Positions 48,744 through 58,577 of a stretch of 64,000 bases of DNA are shown here, one piece after another. The first letter of the stretch is position 1. The number at the start of each line of letters is the position of its first letter. Under the pieces are notes generated by a model. The model was not told the origin of the DNA. It saw only the letters and a program-made list of their open reading frames with translations, and searched no databases. The translations under genes and the position numbers were made by a program. The stretch is from Longimicrobiales bacterium. GTDB taxonomy: Bacteria; Gemmatimonadota; Gemmatimonadetes; Longimicrobiales; Gaopeijiaceae. The DNA is taken from NCBI GenBank assembly GCA_965226375.1, contig CBDDCX010000008.1:192001-256000 (forward strand), given 5' to 3'.

Positions 48744-49556
48744 ATGAGGTACAAGATTGCTGTTACGGTCGGGGCATGGCTCGTGGGTGGCATTCTGGTC
48801 TCCCCCACTTCGGCGACCGCTCAGAGAGGTGGGGATCGCTGTGAGTTCCAAACCGAGCTTGCCGTCGACGTGTCTGCCTCCGAGGCAGAGCGCCTGACGG
48901 TTTCGGCCGGATCGGGCTCGCTCGTCGTGGAGGGCCGATCGGGTGCCTCGGCGGTACGTGCAACCGCGATTGCGTGTGCCTCTGAAGAGTGGATGCTCGA
49001 CGAGATGGAGGTCGTGCTGGAACGACGCGGATCGACGGTGAGTCTGGAGACGCTCTACCCTGACCGCTCGTGGCGCCGTGATGGATATGCCCGGATCGAT
49101 CTCCACGTAGTCGTGCCCATGGGAATGGACGCCGAGATCGATGATGGAAGTGGGTCCGCGACTTTGAGTGGCCTCGGGAATCTTTCCGTCGATGACGGCT
49201 CGGGCGAGCTCTATGTGGAAGACATCAGGGGCGACGTGGATGTGGAGGACGGATCGGGGGGACTCGAAATCAGGGATGTGCAAGGAGACGTGTTCGTCGA
49301 GGACGGGTCGGGCTCTATGGAGGTGGTCGGCGTCACGGGCTCCGTGACGGTTGAGGACGGATCCGGCTCTATGGACATCCGTGACGTGGGCAGGGACGTG
49401 ATGGCATACGATATCGGTTCGGGAATGCTCCGAGTTTCCGATGTCGAAGGCGACTTCACCGTCCAGGACGGTCGTCACGAGAGGATCCGGTACTCGGCTG
49501 TGGGAGGAGTGGTCGACATTCCCGCTCCGCGAAGACGGCGCGGGGGGCGACGTTAG
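48744..49556 (+). CDS. DUF4097-like beta-strand repeat secreted protein
   Basis: Signal peptide; repeated DGSG units about 19 aa apart. Confidence 0.85.
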   Translation: MRYKIAVTVGAWLVGGILVSPTSATAQRGGDRCEFQTELAVDVSASEAERLTVSAGSGSLVVEGRSGASAVRATAIACASEEWMLDEMEVVLERRGSTVSLETLYPDRSWRRDGYARIDLHVVVPMGMDAEIDDGSGSATLSGLGNLSVDDGSGELYVEDIRGDVDVEDGSGGLEIRDVQGDVFVEDGSGSMEVVGVTGSVTVEDGSGSMDIRDVGRDVMAYDIGSGMLRVSDVEGDFTVQDGRHERIRYSAVGGVVDIPAPRRRRGGRR

Positions 49557-49582
49557 CCGCTAGCCGGCCGCGACAGTGGAGG

Positions 49583-49610
49583 AGCCCGGTCCGGAAGGAC
49601 CGGGCTTTTT
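49583..49610 (+). terminator. Rho-independent terminator
   Basis: AGCCCGGTCC-GGAA-GGACCGGGCT followed by TTTT. Confidence 0.85.
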
Positions 49611-49654
49611 CATGCCCGTTGCGGGACGGGGAGTCATCGCCGATCCTCTCCGCC

Positions 49655-50917
49655 ATGGAAGAGTTGACCTCCCAGGAAGGACGGGTGCTCGACGCCCTCG
49701 ACCGGGACGATCTCGTGGAGTCGATATGTGCACTCGTGGCCATCCCGAGTATGGGTGGCCACGAGACGCCGGCCCAGGAGTGGGTATCGGCCTTGATGAC
49801 GCGGATCGGCCTCGACGTGGACGTGTGGGAACTCGACTTCGAGGCCTTGGCGCAGCATCCCGCTCACGCGGTCGAATGCGAGCGTGATCGTGGTCTTGGA
49901 GTGGTCGGCCGGTTGGGCGAGGGGTCCGGCGATGCCAGTTTGATTCTCAACGGACACGTGGACGTCGTTCCTCCCGGCCACGATGAGCGGTGGTCTGGTC
50001 CCCCGTTCGTTCCTCGGCTCGAGGGCGACCGGATCTACGGCAGGGGATCGGTGGACATGAAGGCTGGTCTGTGCTCTGCGATTTTTGCCGCCAAGGCCAT
50101 TCAGGACGCCGGTGTGCGGCTTGCCGGCACGCTTCTGATCGAGAGCGTTATCGGAGAAGAAGACGGCGGTGTAGGGACGTTGGCCACGATCTCTCGGGGA
50201 TACCGTGCGGATGGGGCCATCGTCATGGAGCCCACCAACCTCGAGGTGGCGACGACCGGCGCCGGTTGTTTCAACTTTCGTGTGCGGGTGCCGGGAAGGG
50301 CTGCCCACGGCGCGCTCCGGTCAGAGGGAGTGAGCGCGATTCACAAGTCACATCGGATCCTCGCCGCCCTGGACGGGCTGGAACGGGATCGGAATGCCGA
50401 TGGCGACCCGATCATCCCCGGAGATCTCCCGTTCCCTATATCCGTGGGCACCGTGTCGGGAGGTGAGTGGGCGTCCTCGGTACCCGAAGAGGTGGTTTTT
50501 GAGGGCCGATACGGTGTGCGCCCCGGGGAAGACCCGGAACAGGCACGGTCGGCTCTGGAGTCCGCCGTGGCCGTGGCCGCCGGGGAGGACCCCTTCCTGC
50601 GCGCCAACGCGCCCGAGGTCGAATGGTGGGGTGGGCGCTATGAGGCCTGCCGGATCAACCCTGACGCGGGGGTCGCGGCGGCCGTCCGAGAGGCGCACCA
50701 GGTGGTGACCGGACGCCGCGCTCATGTGACGGGCGTACCCTACGGATCCGACATGGCCCTGCTCGTCAATCACGGCGCTACTCCGACCGTACTCTACGGG
50801 CCCGGGGACGTGAGGAATGCACACGCGCCCGACGAGTTCGTGCCGATCGACGAGGTGGTGACTGCGGCCCGTTCTCTCGCACTGACGGTAATGCGCTTCT
50901 GCGGCGTCGAACGGTGA
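49655..50917 (+). CDS. ArgE/DapE-family M20 deacylase
   Basis: NGHVDVV, GRGSVDMK, GEEDGG, MEPT, AHAPDE. Confidence 0.92.
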   Translation: MEELTSQEGRVLDALDRDDLVESICALVAIPSMGGHETPAQEWVSALMTRIGLDVDVWELDFEALAQHPAHAVECERDRGLGVVGRLGEGSGDASLILNGHVDVVPPGHDERWSGPPFVPRLEGDRIYGRGSVDMKAGLCSAIFAAKAIQDAGVRLAGTLLIESVIGEEDGGVGTLATISRGYRADGAIVMEPTNLEVATTGAGCFNFRVRVPGRAAHGALRSEGVSAIHKSHRILAALDGLERDRNADGDPIIPGDLPFPISVGTVSGGEWASSVPEEVVFEGRYGVRPGEDPEQARSALESAVAVAAGEDPFLRANAPEVEWWGGRYEACRINPDAGVAAAVREAHQVVTGRRAHVTGVPYGSDMALLVNHGATPTVLYGPGDVRNAHAPDEFVPIDEVVTAARSLALTVMRFCGVER

Positions 50918-51321
50918 TCAAACTCTCTGCGGTAACCGAGGATCAGGCGCTGACCCCGCCGGTGCTGTTTTGGGGAGGCCTAGGAACGGTTCTCCAAATC
51001 GGGCTGGTGGTGGCTGGCCACTACAGTGACGCCGTGTACTTTGCCTGGCCCGTGCCCTCGTTGGTGACGGCGGTCCTCGCCGGCACGGCTTACGTGGCCC
51101 ACGTACGCCGGTCGTCGCGTGATTCGGCCTGGCACGGCGGGATGGTGGGTGGCATATGCACGTTCTTAGGCACCGCCCTGGCGGCGATCATGGCTGACGT
51201 GCCGGCACTCGACCTTGCCACGGTCACTCTGAGCGGCATCGCGGTGGCGGCCGTGGCCGGAACTCTTACCTTCGCGGTTCTGGGGGCTCGTCAGCCCCGC
51301 ACGAGCCGGGTGGCCACGTAG
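50914..51321 (+). CDS. 4-TM membrane protein
   Basis: GTGA overlap with the deacylase; hydrophobic. Confidence 0.7.
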   Translation: MIKLSAVTEDQALTPPVLFWGGLGTVLQIGLVVAGHYSDAVYFAWPVPSLVTAVLAGTAYVAHVRRSSRDSAWHGGMVGGICTFLGTALAAIMADVPALDLATVTLSGIAVAAVAGTLTFAVLGARQPRTSRVAT

Positions 51322-51773
51322 ACCAACAGAACGCCCACCAGGGCGTTCATCCTTCCGAGCCAGACAACGGTACGTCGAACCCGCTCGTGCTCCTCGGACC
51401 CCGGCGTCAGCGTACCCGCACGTGGACCCAGCCAGAAGTCGTGCAGCGAGGCGATGGCCAGCATCGCGCCCACGAGGGCCAGCTTCCAGGTCAGCATCCT
51501 CCCGGCCGATCCGAGCCAAAAGTCGCTGCCGCCCCTCAGGGCCGGCCCCAGGAGACCTCGAAAATGAAGGTTCAGAACGCCTGTCAGCACCAAGATGCCG
51601 ATGACCACCCAGCTCGCCGATCGAAACCGCTCCCCGATGTCCTTGAACAACCGGCGTCGCAGATCGGGATCCAAGCCCCGGAGCGCGGGAGCTCCCACGA
51701 TGGCGAGGAAGAACATGCCGCCGAGCCAGAACATGGCGGACAAGAGATGTATGGTGACGGAGATCGGATACAT
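51291..51773 (-). CDS. CopD/DUF4149-like membrane protein
   Basis: HLLSAMFWLGGM, HDFWLGP. Confidence 0.8.
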   Translation of the reverse strand: MYPISVTIHLLSAMFWLGGMFFLAIVGAPALRGLDPDLRRRLFKDIGERFRSASWVVIGILVLTGVLNLHFRGLLGPALRGGSDFWLGSAGRMLTWKLALVGAMLAIASLHDFWLGPRAGTLTPGSEEHERVRRTVVWLGRMNALVGVLLVYVATRLVRG

Positions 51774-51786
51774 TGATTGCAGACGG

Positions 51787-52361
51787 CTAGCCCAGAATTC
51801 GAATCTGTGAGCTGGCGTCCTCGTGTTCTGTCCGTGTGCCCGACACTTCGTCCGAACGGGCCGTGCTGCTCGGCGTGAGCGGGAGCGTCAGGCAGACCTT
51901 CGCCCCCTCCCCCGGTCGGCTTTCGACCGTCAGGGAGCCTTCCCTGTGGGCGGCCCGGTCCAACATGCTGGAAAGGCCGAGCCCCTCTCTGGCGGCGAAC
52001 GCTTCCGCAGCGTCGAAGCCAGGGCCGTCATCTACGATCTCGACTCGCAGCTGATCGTCTGTGGTCGTCAGATGCACCGATGCCCTTGTGGCGTGCGCGT
52101 GCTGAGCGCTGTTTTGCAGAGCTTCTTGCACGATGCGAAATACAGCGAGACGCACCTCGGCACCCAGTGCCGGAAGCGGCGAATCCACGGTAACTCCCAC
52201 AGTCAGAGCACCGGTCTCTTCCACGGTGCGTGCATACGCTCCCACGGCGGCTTCCAGCCCCAGGTCGTCCAATTCCGGGGGGTGGAGCCTGCGAGGCCGA
52301 AGAGGAGCGTCAGAGGATCTCGCGAGAGCTGCATGACGCCACGGCTCAATTGCTCGCCACG
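51787..52361 (-). pseudogene. NarX-type (HisKA_3) histidine kinase remnant with inverted H-box
   Basis: Minus strand: LHPPELDDLGL, RIVQEALQN, DDGPGF, GLGL; plus strand 52293-52361: EEERQRISRELHDATAQLLA. Confidence 0.8.
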
Positions 52362-52420
52362 GAGACGGACCCGGTGACATGCGCGACGGGGGTAGTTGGG
52401 CTTGGGCCCCGACCTCTTCA

Positions 52421-52999
52421 TCAGCCCACGATCCATCCCATGAGCATCGTGATCCGGGGCCCGCCCTTGGCCACACTCACGGCCACGTTGAGCGGTATGA
52501 ACAGATCTCCGAACGGTAGCGTGGAGCCGGCAGCGAAAATCATCGAGGTATTAGGTTCCCAGTCGTTGTCCTTGTTCACACTGAAGTTGGGACCGACGCC
52601 GAATTCGACGCCGCTCTCCAGCCGGTATCCGGCCAGCCAGCCCAGGGACAGGCTGAACTCGCTCTGCTCCACGCCTCCGACCAGCAAGATCCACTCCATG
52701 AGGGCTTGGTTGCCACCCTGCATCGATACGATCTGAGTCTCCCACTGCCAGCCGAACTGTGTCATCATGGGCTCGAGGCCGACGGCATCCCTTTGGTCGG
52801 CGGTTTCTCCAGTGAAAACGGTAAATCCGAAGCGCGGCCCGGACAGTTTTTGGCGGGGGAGCTTCTTCACTCTCATGTCCTCGGGGATCACGGGGACTTC
52901 AGGCGTCCCTGAGATCACGGGAACCGGCTCCTGAGCTGCGACGTTTCCTACGCTCACGGCCAGGGCTGCGATCACATAGGCCAGTGCGGTGCGTGACAT
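52421..52999 (-). CDS. Secreted/outer-membrane hypothetical protein
   Basis: Signal peptide; LSGPRFG, TQFGWQWE beta-strands. Confidence 0.75.
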   Translation of the reverse strand: MSRTALAYVIAALAVSVGNVAAQEPVPVISGTPEVPVIPEDMRVKKLPRQKLSGPRFGFTVFTGETADQRDAVGLEPMMTQFGWQWETQIVSMQGGNQALMEWILLVGGVEQSEFSLSLGWLAGYRLESGVEFGVGPNFSVNKDNDWEPNTSMIFAAGSTLPFGDLFIPLNVAVSVAKGGPRITMLMGWIVG

Positions 53000-53177
53000 G
53001 ATTCGTTCTCCTTCCAGGGTTTCCGGGTGTGGGATTGTCCCACAGGAGAACGATGGCCAAACGGGGAGGGGGTCTCGATACGTCGGAGTACGTAGCGCGA
53101 AATGATGATTACGTAGTCGAGTTCGCCGCTATCAGAGCCTCAAATCAGGTTGCCCTGGGGTAGGCACGCTGCGGGCG

Positions 53178-53414
53178 TCAGCGTCCCAACGCGAGGGAGT
53201 CGTGCTCCGCGGCGCGCACGTTCGACTTCTCCAGCGCGTCGAGCGCCTTACCCACTCCCCTGGCTCCCGGGATCGGGAGCGTGGCTATGATGCTGTCCTT
53301 CTGACGCCTCGTAAGCGAATCGCGAGCCTGGTCGGAGGCGCTCTGGCCACCGGAGCAACCGAGAAGCAGGATCATCGAGCCGGCGAATGCCGCCAGCGAA
53401 AGATTCTTGAGCAT
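53178..53414 (-). CDS. Small lipoprotein
   Basis: LLGC lipobox; GAGG RBS. Confidence 0.72.
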   Translation of the reverse strand: MLKNLSLAAFAGSMILLLGCSGGQSASDQARDSLTRRQKDSIIATLPIPGARGVGKALDALEKSNVRAAEHDSLALGR

Positions 53415-53467
53415 GGTCGCCTCTTCCTCGTGTAGCACTGCCTAGCGGCGTTGGCGCTTGGCTAGCA

Positions 53468-53983
53468 TCACTCCAAGTCCCGCGGTCGAGTGAAGCTCAC
53501 CAAGCGTCCGCAGTCGCTCCGTGTCTCTTCCCAACGATCTACCTCGAGATCGATTATCGCCAGGCCCGCGGTTGGGTACTTGGTGCGCATGAGGGCCAGG
53601 GCGGTCGCTTCTCCCTGGGCACAGAGTGCGTCGGCCAGGATGGACGTTCCGGGATTGTGCGCCACCATGAGGACAGACTCGACCGTGTCGGGCACCGCTC
53701 GCAGAAGGTCCAGCATTTCCTGGGGGCCGGCCAGGTATAGGTCACCGTCCCAGTCGATCGCCGGCTCGACGTCCAACTCCTCTAGCACGGCGGCCAGAGT
53801 CTGACGGGTCCGTGCCGCAGTCGAGCACAATACGAAATCCGGTGTGTGACCGCCTTCTCGGAGGAAAGCGCCCATCAGTGGGGCCGCATGATAGCCCCGG
53901 CTGTTCAAGGGGCGGTCGTGATCGCCGAGCGATGCGTCGCTCCAACTCGACTTGGCATGACGCAGCAGATAGAGTGTTTTCAT
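53468..53983 (-). CDS. sixA: SixA-type histidine phosphatase
   Basis: LLRHAKS, DHDRPL, RTRQT, AHNP. Confidence 0.88.
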   Translation of the reverse strand: MKTLYLLRHAKSSWSDASLGDHDRPLNSRGYHAAPLMGAFLREGGHTPDFVLCSTAARTRQTLAAVLEELDVEPAIDWDGDLYLAGPQEMLDLLRAVPDTVESVLMVAHNPGTSILADALCAQGEATALALMRTKYPTAGLAIIDLEVDRWEETRSDCGRLVSFTRPRDLE

Positions 53984-54073
53984 AGTCATACCCATAAACA
54001 TTTGGCGCCCAACGTGCTAGTATAGAAGAATCGCCCCCTGGGCGGTTTTTGCTTCTCCGAGCGGAGGACGTCC

Positions 54074-56236
54074 GTGGGAAACGCTGCGACGAAAGATCTC
54101 GCGGCCATTGGGCCTCGATCACGTAAACGGTTCATCAACCGGGAACTCTCCTGGCTGGCGTTCAATGAGCGTGTGCTCGAAGAGGCCATGAATGAGCGGC
54201 ACCCCCTTCTCGAACGGGTCCGATTCCTCTCCATCTCCGGTACCAATCTGGACGAGTTCTTTATGGTGCGGGTCGCCGGCCTTAGGGCGCAGGTAGAGGC
54301 TGGAATCACGTCCTTGAGCCAGGACGGGAGAACGCCCCTCCAGCAGTATCGGCAGGTCAACAACCGTGCGGCTAAACTCATGACGCGCCAGCAGACGGTA
54401 TGGCAGGTGCTTCGCGAGGAACTCGCGGAGAGGAACTTGGCGGTCCTTCATCCCTCGGACGTCGGGGAGGCGGACCAAGAGTGGATGGACGACCACTTCA
54501 TCCGTCAGATCTTCCCATTGCTCACGCCACTAGCGGTGGATCCGGCGCACCCTGTTCCGTTCATACCGAACGGTGGACTTTGCCTCGCCCTTTCACTTCG
54601 TAATACGAGTAGTGGCGAACGGATGAGGGCGTTGTTGCCCCTTCCCACCCAGATTTTGCGATTCATCCGCCTGCCCGGGAAGTTGAAGAAGCCGCGCTTC
54701 CTTAGGGTGGAGGAGCTGATCTGCCGACACCTGGATGAGCTTTTTCCTGGATTCGAGGTCGAGGAGGTGGAGCACTTCCGGGTCTTGAGGGACTCCGACG
54801 TGGAAATCGAAGAGAAGGCCGAAGATCTGGTCCGAGAGTTCGAGTCGTTGGTCAAGCGTCGGAAGAGGGGCTCGGTCATCTCCCTTCGCGTGTCGACGTT
54901 CATGTCCAAAGAGATGAGGGATTTTCTCATCAAGGATCTGGGAGCCGAGCCGGACGTGGTGTTCCAGGCCGGGGGTTTGTTGGGCCTTGGGGATCTGGCC
55001 GAGCTGATCACGGCCGACCGGCCCGACCTCATCTTCGACCCGTTCACCCCCCGTTTTCCCGAGCGGATTCGGGACTTTGACGGAGACCACTTCGCGGCCA
55101 TGCGGGCCAATGACCTGCTGGTTCATCACCCCTTCGAAAGCTTCGACGTGGTGGTGGAGTTCATCCGACAAGCAGCGCGCGATCCGGATGTGATGGCCAT
55201 CAAGCAGACCCTGTATCGAACCAGCTACGATTCCCCCATCGTAGGTGATCTCATTGAAGCGGCAGAGGCCGGGAAGAGTGTTACGGCTCTCGTGGAACTG
55301 AAGGCCCGATTCGACGAGGAAGCGAACATTCGTCTGGCGCGAAAGATGGAGGCGTCCGGTGTGCACGTGGTCTACGGATTCATGGACCTCAAGACCCACG
55401 CCAAGCTCTCTCTCGTGGTTCGGCGCGAAGAGGGTGAGTTGCGGTCATATGTCCACATCGGGACAGGCAACTACCATCCAGGCAATGCGCGAGTGTACAC
55501 GGACCTCTCGTACTTCACCTGTGATGAGAGTTTGTCCGAGGACGTCGCTCGGGTGTTCAATTTCACGACCGGGTACGGCCGTCCACAGGGCCTGAACAAG
55601 CTCGTAGTGGCCCCCTTCGATCTGCACGACACCCTCGTGAAGCTCATCGAAGACGAAATCGCCCACGCTGAGGCCGGCCGGCCCGCCACGATCTGGGCGA
55701 AGCTCAATGCTTTGGTGGACGGTAGCATCATCGACAGTCTCTATCGGGCCTCACAGGCGGGTGTCCGGATTACTCTTGTGGTCAGGGGGATCTGTTGTCT
55801 CCGGCCTGGAATTCCGGGCCTCTCCGAGAACATCACTGTCAAGAGCATCGTGGGCCGCTTCCTGGAGCACAGCCGCATCGTGTGCTTCGGAAGCGGGCAT
55901 CCGCTCCCGTCACCCTCAACCGCCGTTTTCATCTCTTCGGCGGATTGGATGCCCCGAAACCTCTATCGGAGGGTCGAGCACCTCGTTCCCATCGATAACC
56001 CCACCATTCACCGACAAATTCTCCACGAGATCATGCAGGCCAATCTCCGTGACACGCTTCAGAGCTGGCATCTCAGGGCCGATCGGACCTATGAGCGTGC
56101 GGTGGCAGATGAGGATCCGTTCAGTGCTCACGGCTACTTCATGACCAATCCGAGCCTATCAGGGCGCGGGAGTGCCGTCACCGACGCGCCGCAGCCTGAG
56201 AGTCCCGCTCCCGCCCAGCCGATCGAGCGAGGTTGA
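54074..56236 (+). CDS. ppk1: Polyphosphate kinase 1
   Basis: NRELSWLAFNERV, HHPFESF, KTHAK, GRFLEHSR, SADWMPRN. Confidence 0.96.
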   Translation: MGNAATKDLAAIGPRSRKRFINRELSWLAFNERVLEEAMNERHPLLERVRFLSISGTNLDEFFMVRVAGLRAQVEAGITSLSQDGRTPLQQYRQVNNRAAKLMTRQQTVWQVLREELAERNLAVLHPSDVGEADQEWMDDHFIRQIFPLLTPLAVDPAHPVPFIPNGGLCLALSLRNTSSGERMRALLPLPTQILRFIRLPGKLKKPRFLRVEELICRHLDELFPGFEVEEVEHFRVLRDSDVEIEEKAEDLVREFESLVKRRKRGSVISLRVSTFMSKEMRDFLIKDLGAEPDVVFQAGGLLGLGDLAELITADRPDLIFDPFTPRFPERIRDFDGDHFAAMRANDLLVHHPFESFDVVVEFIRQAARDPDVMAIKQTLYRTSYDSPIVGDLIEAAEAGKSVTALVELKARFDEEANIRLARKMEASGVHVVYGFMDLKTHAKLSLVVRREEGELRSYVHIGTGNYHPGNARVYTDLSYFTCDESLSEDVARVFNFTTGYGRPQGLNKLVVAPFDLHDTLVKLIEDEIAHAEAGRPATIWAKLNALVDGSIIDSLYRASQAGVRITLVVRGICCLRPGIPGLSENITVKSIVGRFLEHSRIVCFGSGHPLPSPSTAVFISSADWMPRNLYRRVEHLVPIDNPTIHRQILHEIMQANLRDTLQSWHLRADRTYERAVADEDPFSAHGYFMTNPSLSGRGSAVTDAPQPESPAPAQPIERG

Positions 56237-56338
56237 AGGAGGCGGGACAGCGGTAGGAAAGTACTTGCCCAAAGCCGGCTCTTGAGTGGGTATTCCTACA
56301 GCCCGGGAAGGACAGTGCCCAGCCCCAAAGGAAGGCCA

Positions 56339-58393
56339 ATGAGCGAAGACGAGCTGACGCCATCAGAGCCACTGTCACGCCCCGAGTCTTCGGAGGGCTC
56401 CCCACTACCGGACCCGTCGGGAAGCGCTCCGCAGCGATCCAGCAAAGGGAGCTTCGAGGACCGACGTGGCGCTCGCTTGCCCTGGCCGCCCCCGGGGTTC
56501 GAGTGGATTCAAGGGGCCCTCTGGAAGGTCACCACGCTGGCTTGGCTCGGAAGTGTGGTGCTCGTGGCGCCCCTCATCTGGTCGCTGGCGACACCTCAGG
56601 AGTTCTGGAGTCTCGGACCGCTGGAGGACAACTGGGCGCTCGGGCTCGTTGTGAGCCTGTTGGGAGCGGCGATTCTCTTCGCTGCGTTCTTCTTCCTTCA
56701 GTCTCTCGTACGGGCAGGCGGGCGCGCGGCCGACCTGGGTTACGGGTTCCTGACCATCGCCGAGGTCGCGACCGATCTGAGGCGGGACCAGGGCTTCCTA
56801 CTCATGGGGAAGCGGCACTTTTCCCGGTTTCCCGACGCCGACCGTGCCCGGCTCACCAAGCTCTGTCTTGCAGCCGCGGTCCTGATTCTCTCCGGGGCAC
56901 TCTGGCTCGCTGTGGGCTTCTCGTTGTCCGTTCTCATGGCCGCCCGAGAGCTTCTGAGCCAGAGACAGATCTGGATCGTGACCATGGGGCCCACAATGGT
57001 GCTCCTCGTGCTCGGCGGAGTCCTCCACGGGTATCAGTTCGCCAGGGTCCGACTCGCGCTGTCCGCCTGGCGCCAGACGGAAGGTGGCAACGATCGAATT
57101 CGCCAAGAGGTTACGGACTGGACCACCGAGCTCGAGGAAGCAGGAGATCAGGTGGTCTTGGGCGCCGGCTCGCTGGGTCAGGGGAGGCGGTTCCGGGGTG
57201 TGGCGCTCCTGGTCGTACTCCTCTTCATCGTGGCCGTCGTCCCGACGTTGACGGTCTCCATGGCCGGATCCGTCGGTCCCGTGCTCGCAGAGATCGCGAT
57301 CCCACAGTTCCTGTCGGTGCAGGAGATGGCGGGAGCCGCGGAGGCGCTCCGGCGCTATCGCGTGGATCCCGACGCTTCGATCAGCGCCATGGAGGTGGGG
57401 CAGGCGCTGAACAACGTGGCCTTTGTCGGAGCTGCCGGACCCCATCCCGAACACCTCGAGCAACCGCCGGCCACGCACTACGCCACACCCTGGTTCCCGA
57501 GTCCCGACTTCCCGGACATCTTCCAGGAGGACGTAGGGAGAGACCTCGTTCTTCAGATCGAGCAGGGCTTCTCGACTGACCAACTCGCCGCTCTGAGACA
57601 AGCGGCAGCGCATGCGGCCCAGGACGATCTCACCCTCGTTGCGAGGGCCGAGCGGATCGACATGGTGTCCACCAGGTGGATCACCCCGTTCCCCGATAGC
57701 CTGACGGTGTTTACGCTGCCGTTCCCACACTTCACCGAGGTGCGCTACGCCGCCCTGGCGCGAGCCGCCAAAGCGGTTCTGGAGCAGATCGCTGGACAGC
57801 CCGAACAGGCCGAGACCTCCATCCGGGAGATCATTTCCTTCGGGTTCGTGCTCGTGGACCAAGGTCCCACGCTGATCGACAATCTGGTCGGCGTGGTGGT
57901 TGCCAATATCGGTGCAGATGCGCTCGAGGGACTGTACGCGGTGCAGAACCGGGATGATGAATTGGAGACTCTCCGATGGGCGCGTGAGTCCTCGACCAAC
58001 GCGGCGCGTGCTGCCCGGCTGGGTCTGACCGAGGAGGATATCCACACGATTCTCAGGGGTATTCCCGACATCGTGGAAAACGAGAGTGCCCTGCGTGGAT
58101 TGCGGTGGGAGTATCTCGCCACCTTCAATATGCTGGCACCTTGTATCAACCTACAGAAGATGGTCTTCGGGCCCGACGAGACCTACCAGGCGTGGCTCGA
58201 TCGAGTCGAGGCATCCCTCGTTCGTGTACCGGGAGATGCAGAGCTTTTCGCACTGGCCCAGTCCGGAGCGTTCCGGGAAAACCTGGAGCCCGGCACGCTC
58301 ACTCGTCTCATGACCGTGACCTTGGGTACTCGGACGCGGCCTGGGAGCTGTGTGAACCTGGTCGCGTCATTGGAGTCCGGCCAAGCCTTCTGA
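56339..58393 (+). CDS. Large hypothetical protein (about 5 TM plus helical C-terminal domain)
   Basis: 684-aa ORF with coding-like composition; no motif recognised. Confidence 0.7.
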   Translation: MSEDELTPSEPLSRPESSEGSPLPDPSGSAPQRSSKGSFEDRRGARLPWPPPGFEWIQGALWKVTTLAWLGSVVLVAPLIWSLATPQEFWSLGPLEDNWALGLVVSLLGAAILFAAFFFLQSLVRAGGRAADLGYGFLTIAEVATDLRRDQGFLLMGKRHFSRFPDADRARLTKLCLAAAVLILSGALWLAVGFSLSVLMAARELLSQRQIWIVTMGPTMVLLVLGGVLHGYQFARVRLALSAWRQTEGGNDRIRQEVTDWTTELEEAGDQVVLGAGSLGQGRRFRGVALLVVLLFIVAVVPTLTVSMAGSVGPVLAEIAIPQFLSVQEMAGAAEALRRYRVDPDASISAMEVGQALNNVAFVGAAGPHPEHLEQPPATHYATPWFPSPDFPDIFQEDVGRDLVLQIEQGFSTDQLAALRQAAAHAAQDDLTLVARAERIDMVSTRWITPFPDSLTVFTLPFPHFTEVRYAALARAAKAVLEQIAGQPEQAETSIREIISFGFVLVDQGPTLIDNLVGVVVANIGADALEGLYAVQNRDDELETLRWARESSTNAARAARLGLTEEDIHTILRGIPDIVENESALRGLRWEYLATFNMLAPCINLQKMVFGPDETYQAWLDRVEASLVRVPGDAELFALAQSGAFRENLEPGTLTRLMTVTLGTRTRPGSCVNLVASLESGQAF

Positions 58394-58480
58394 GGGTGTA
58401 CCGCACCGACAGTGCCGCGTCTACGCCCCCCTAAGTGCTGCTCCCTCGGGCTTCTGGGCATATCGTTCGTGGTCGCGCGC

Positions 58481-58573
58481 GGGGATGAGGGTTGGGTGCC
58501 CCTCCGGAGCGGGTCTGCCGCGTAGCGGCAGAGCGTAGCGTACGCGCAGGAGGGGCACCCAACCCTCATCCCC
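58481..58573. repeat. REP-like nested inverted repeat
   Basis: Perfect 25-bp arms 58481-58505/58549-58573; inner hairpin TCTGCCGC-GTA-GCGGCAGA. Confidence 0.8.
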
Positions 58574-58577
58574 AGAC

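Noticed and set aside
49140..49430. GACGG(A/G)TC(G/C)GG nucleotide repeats
   Set aside because: Explained by the DGSG protein repeats.
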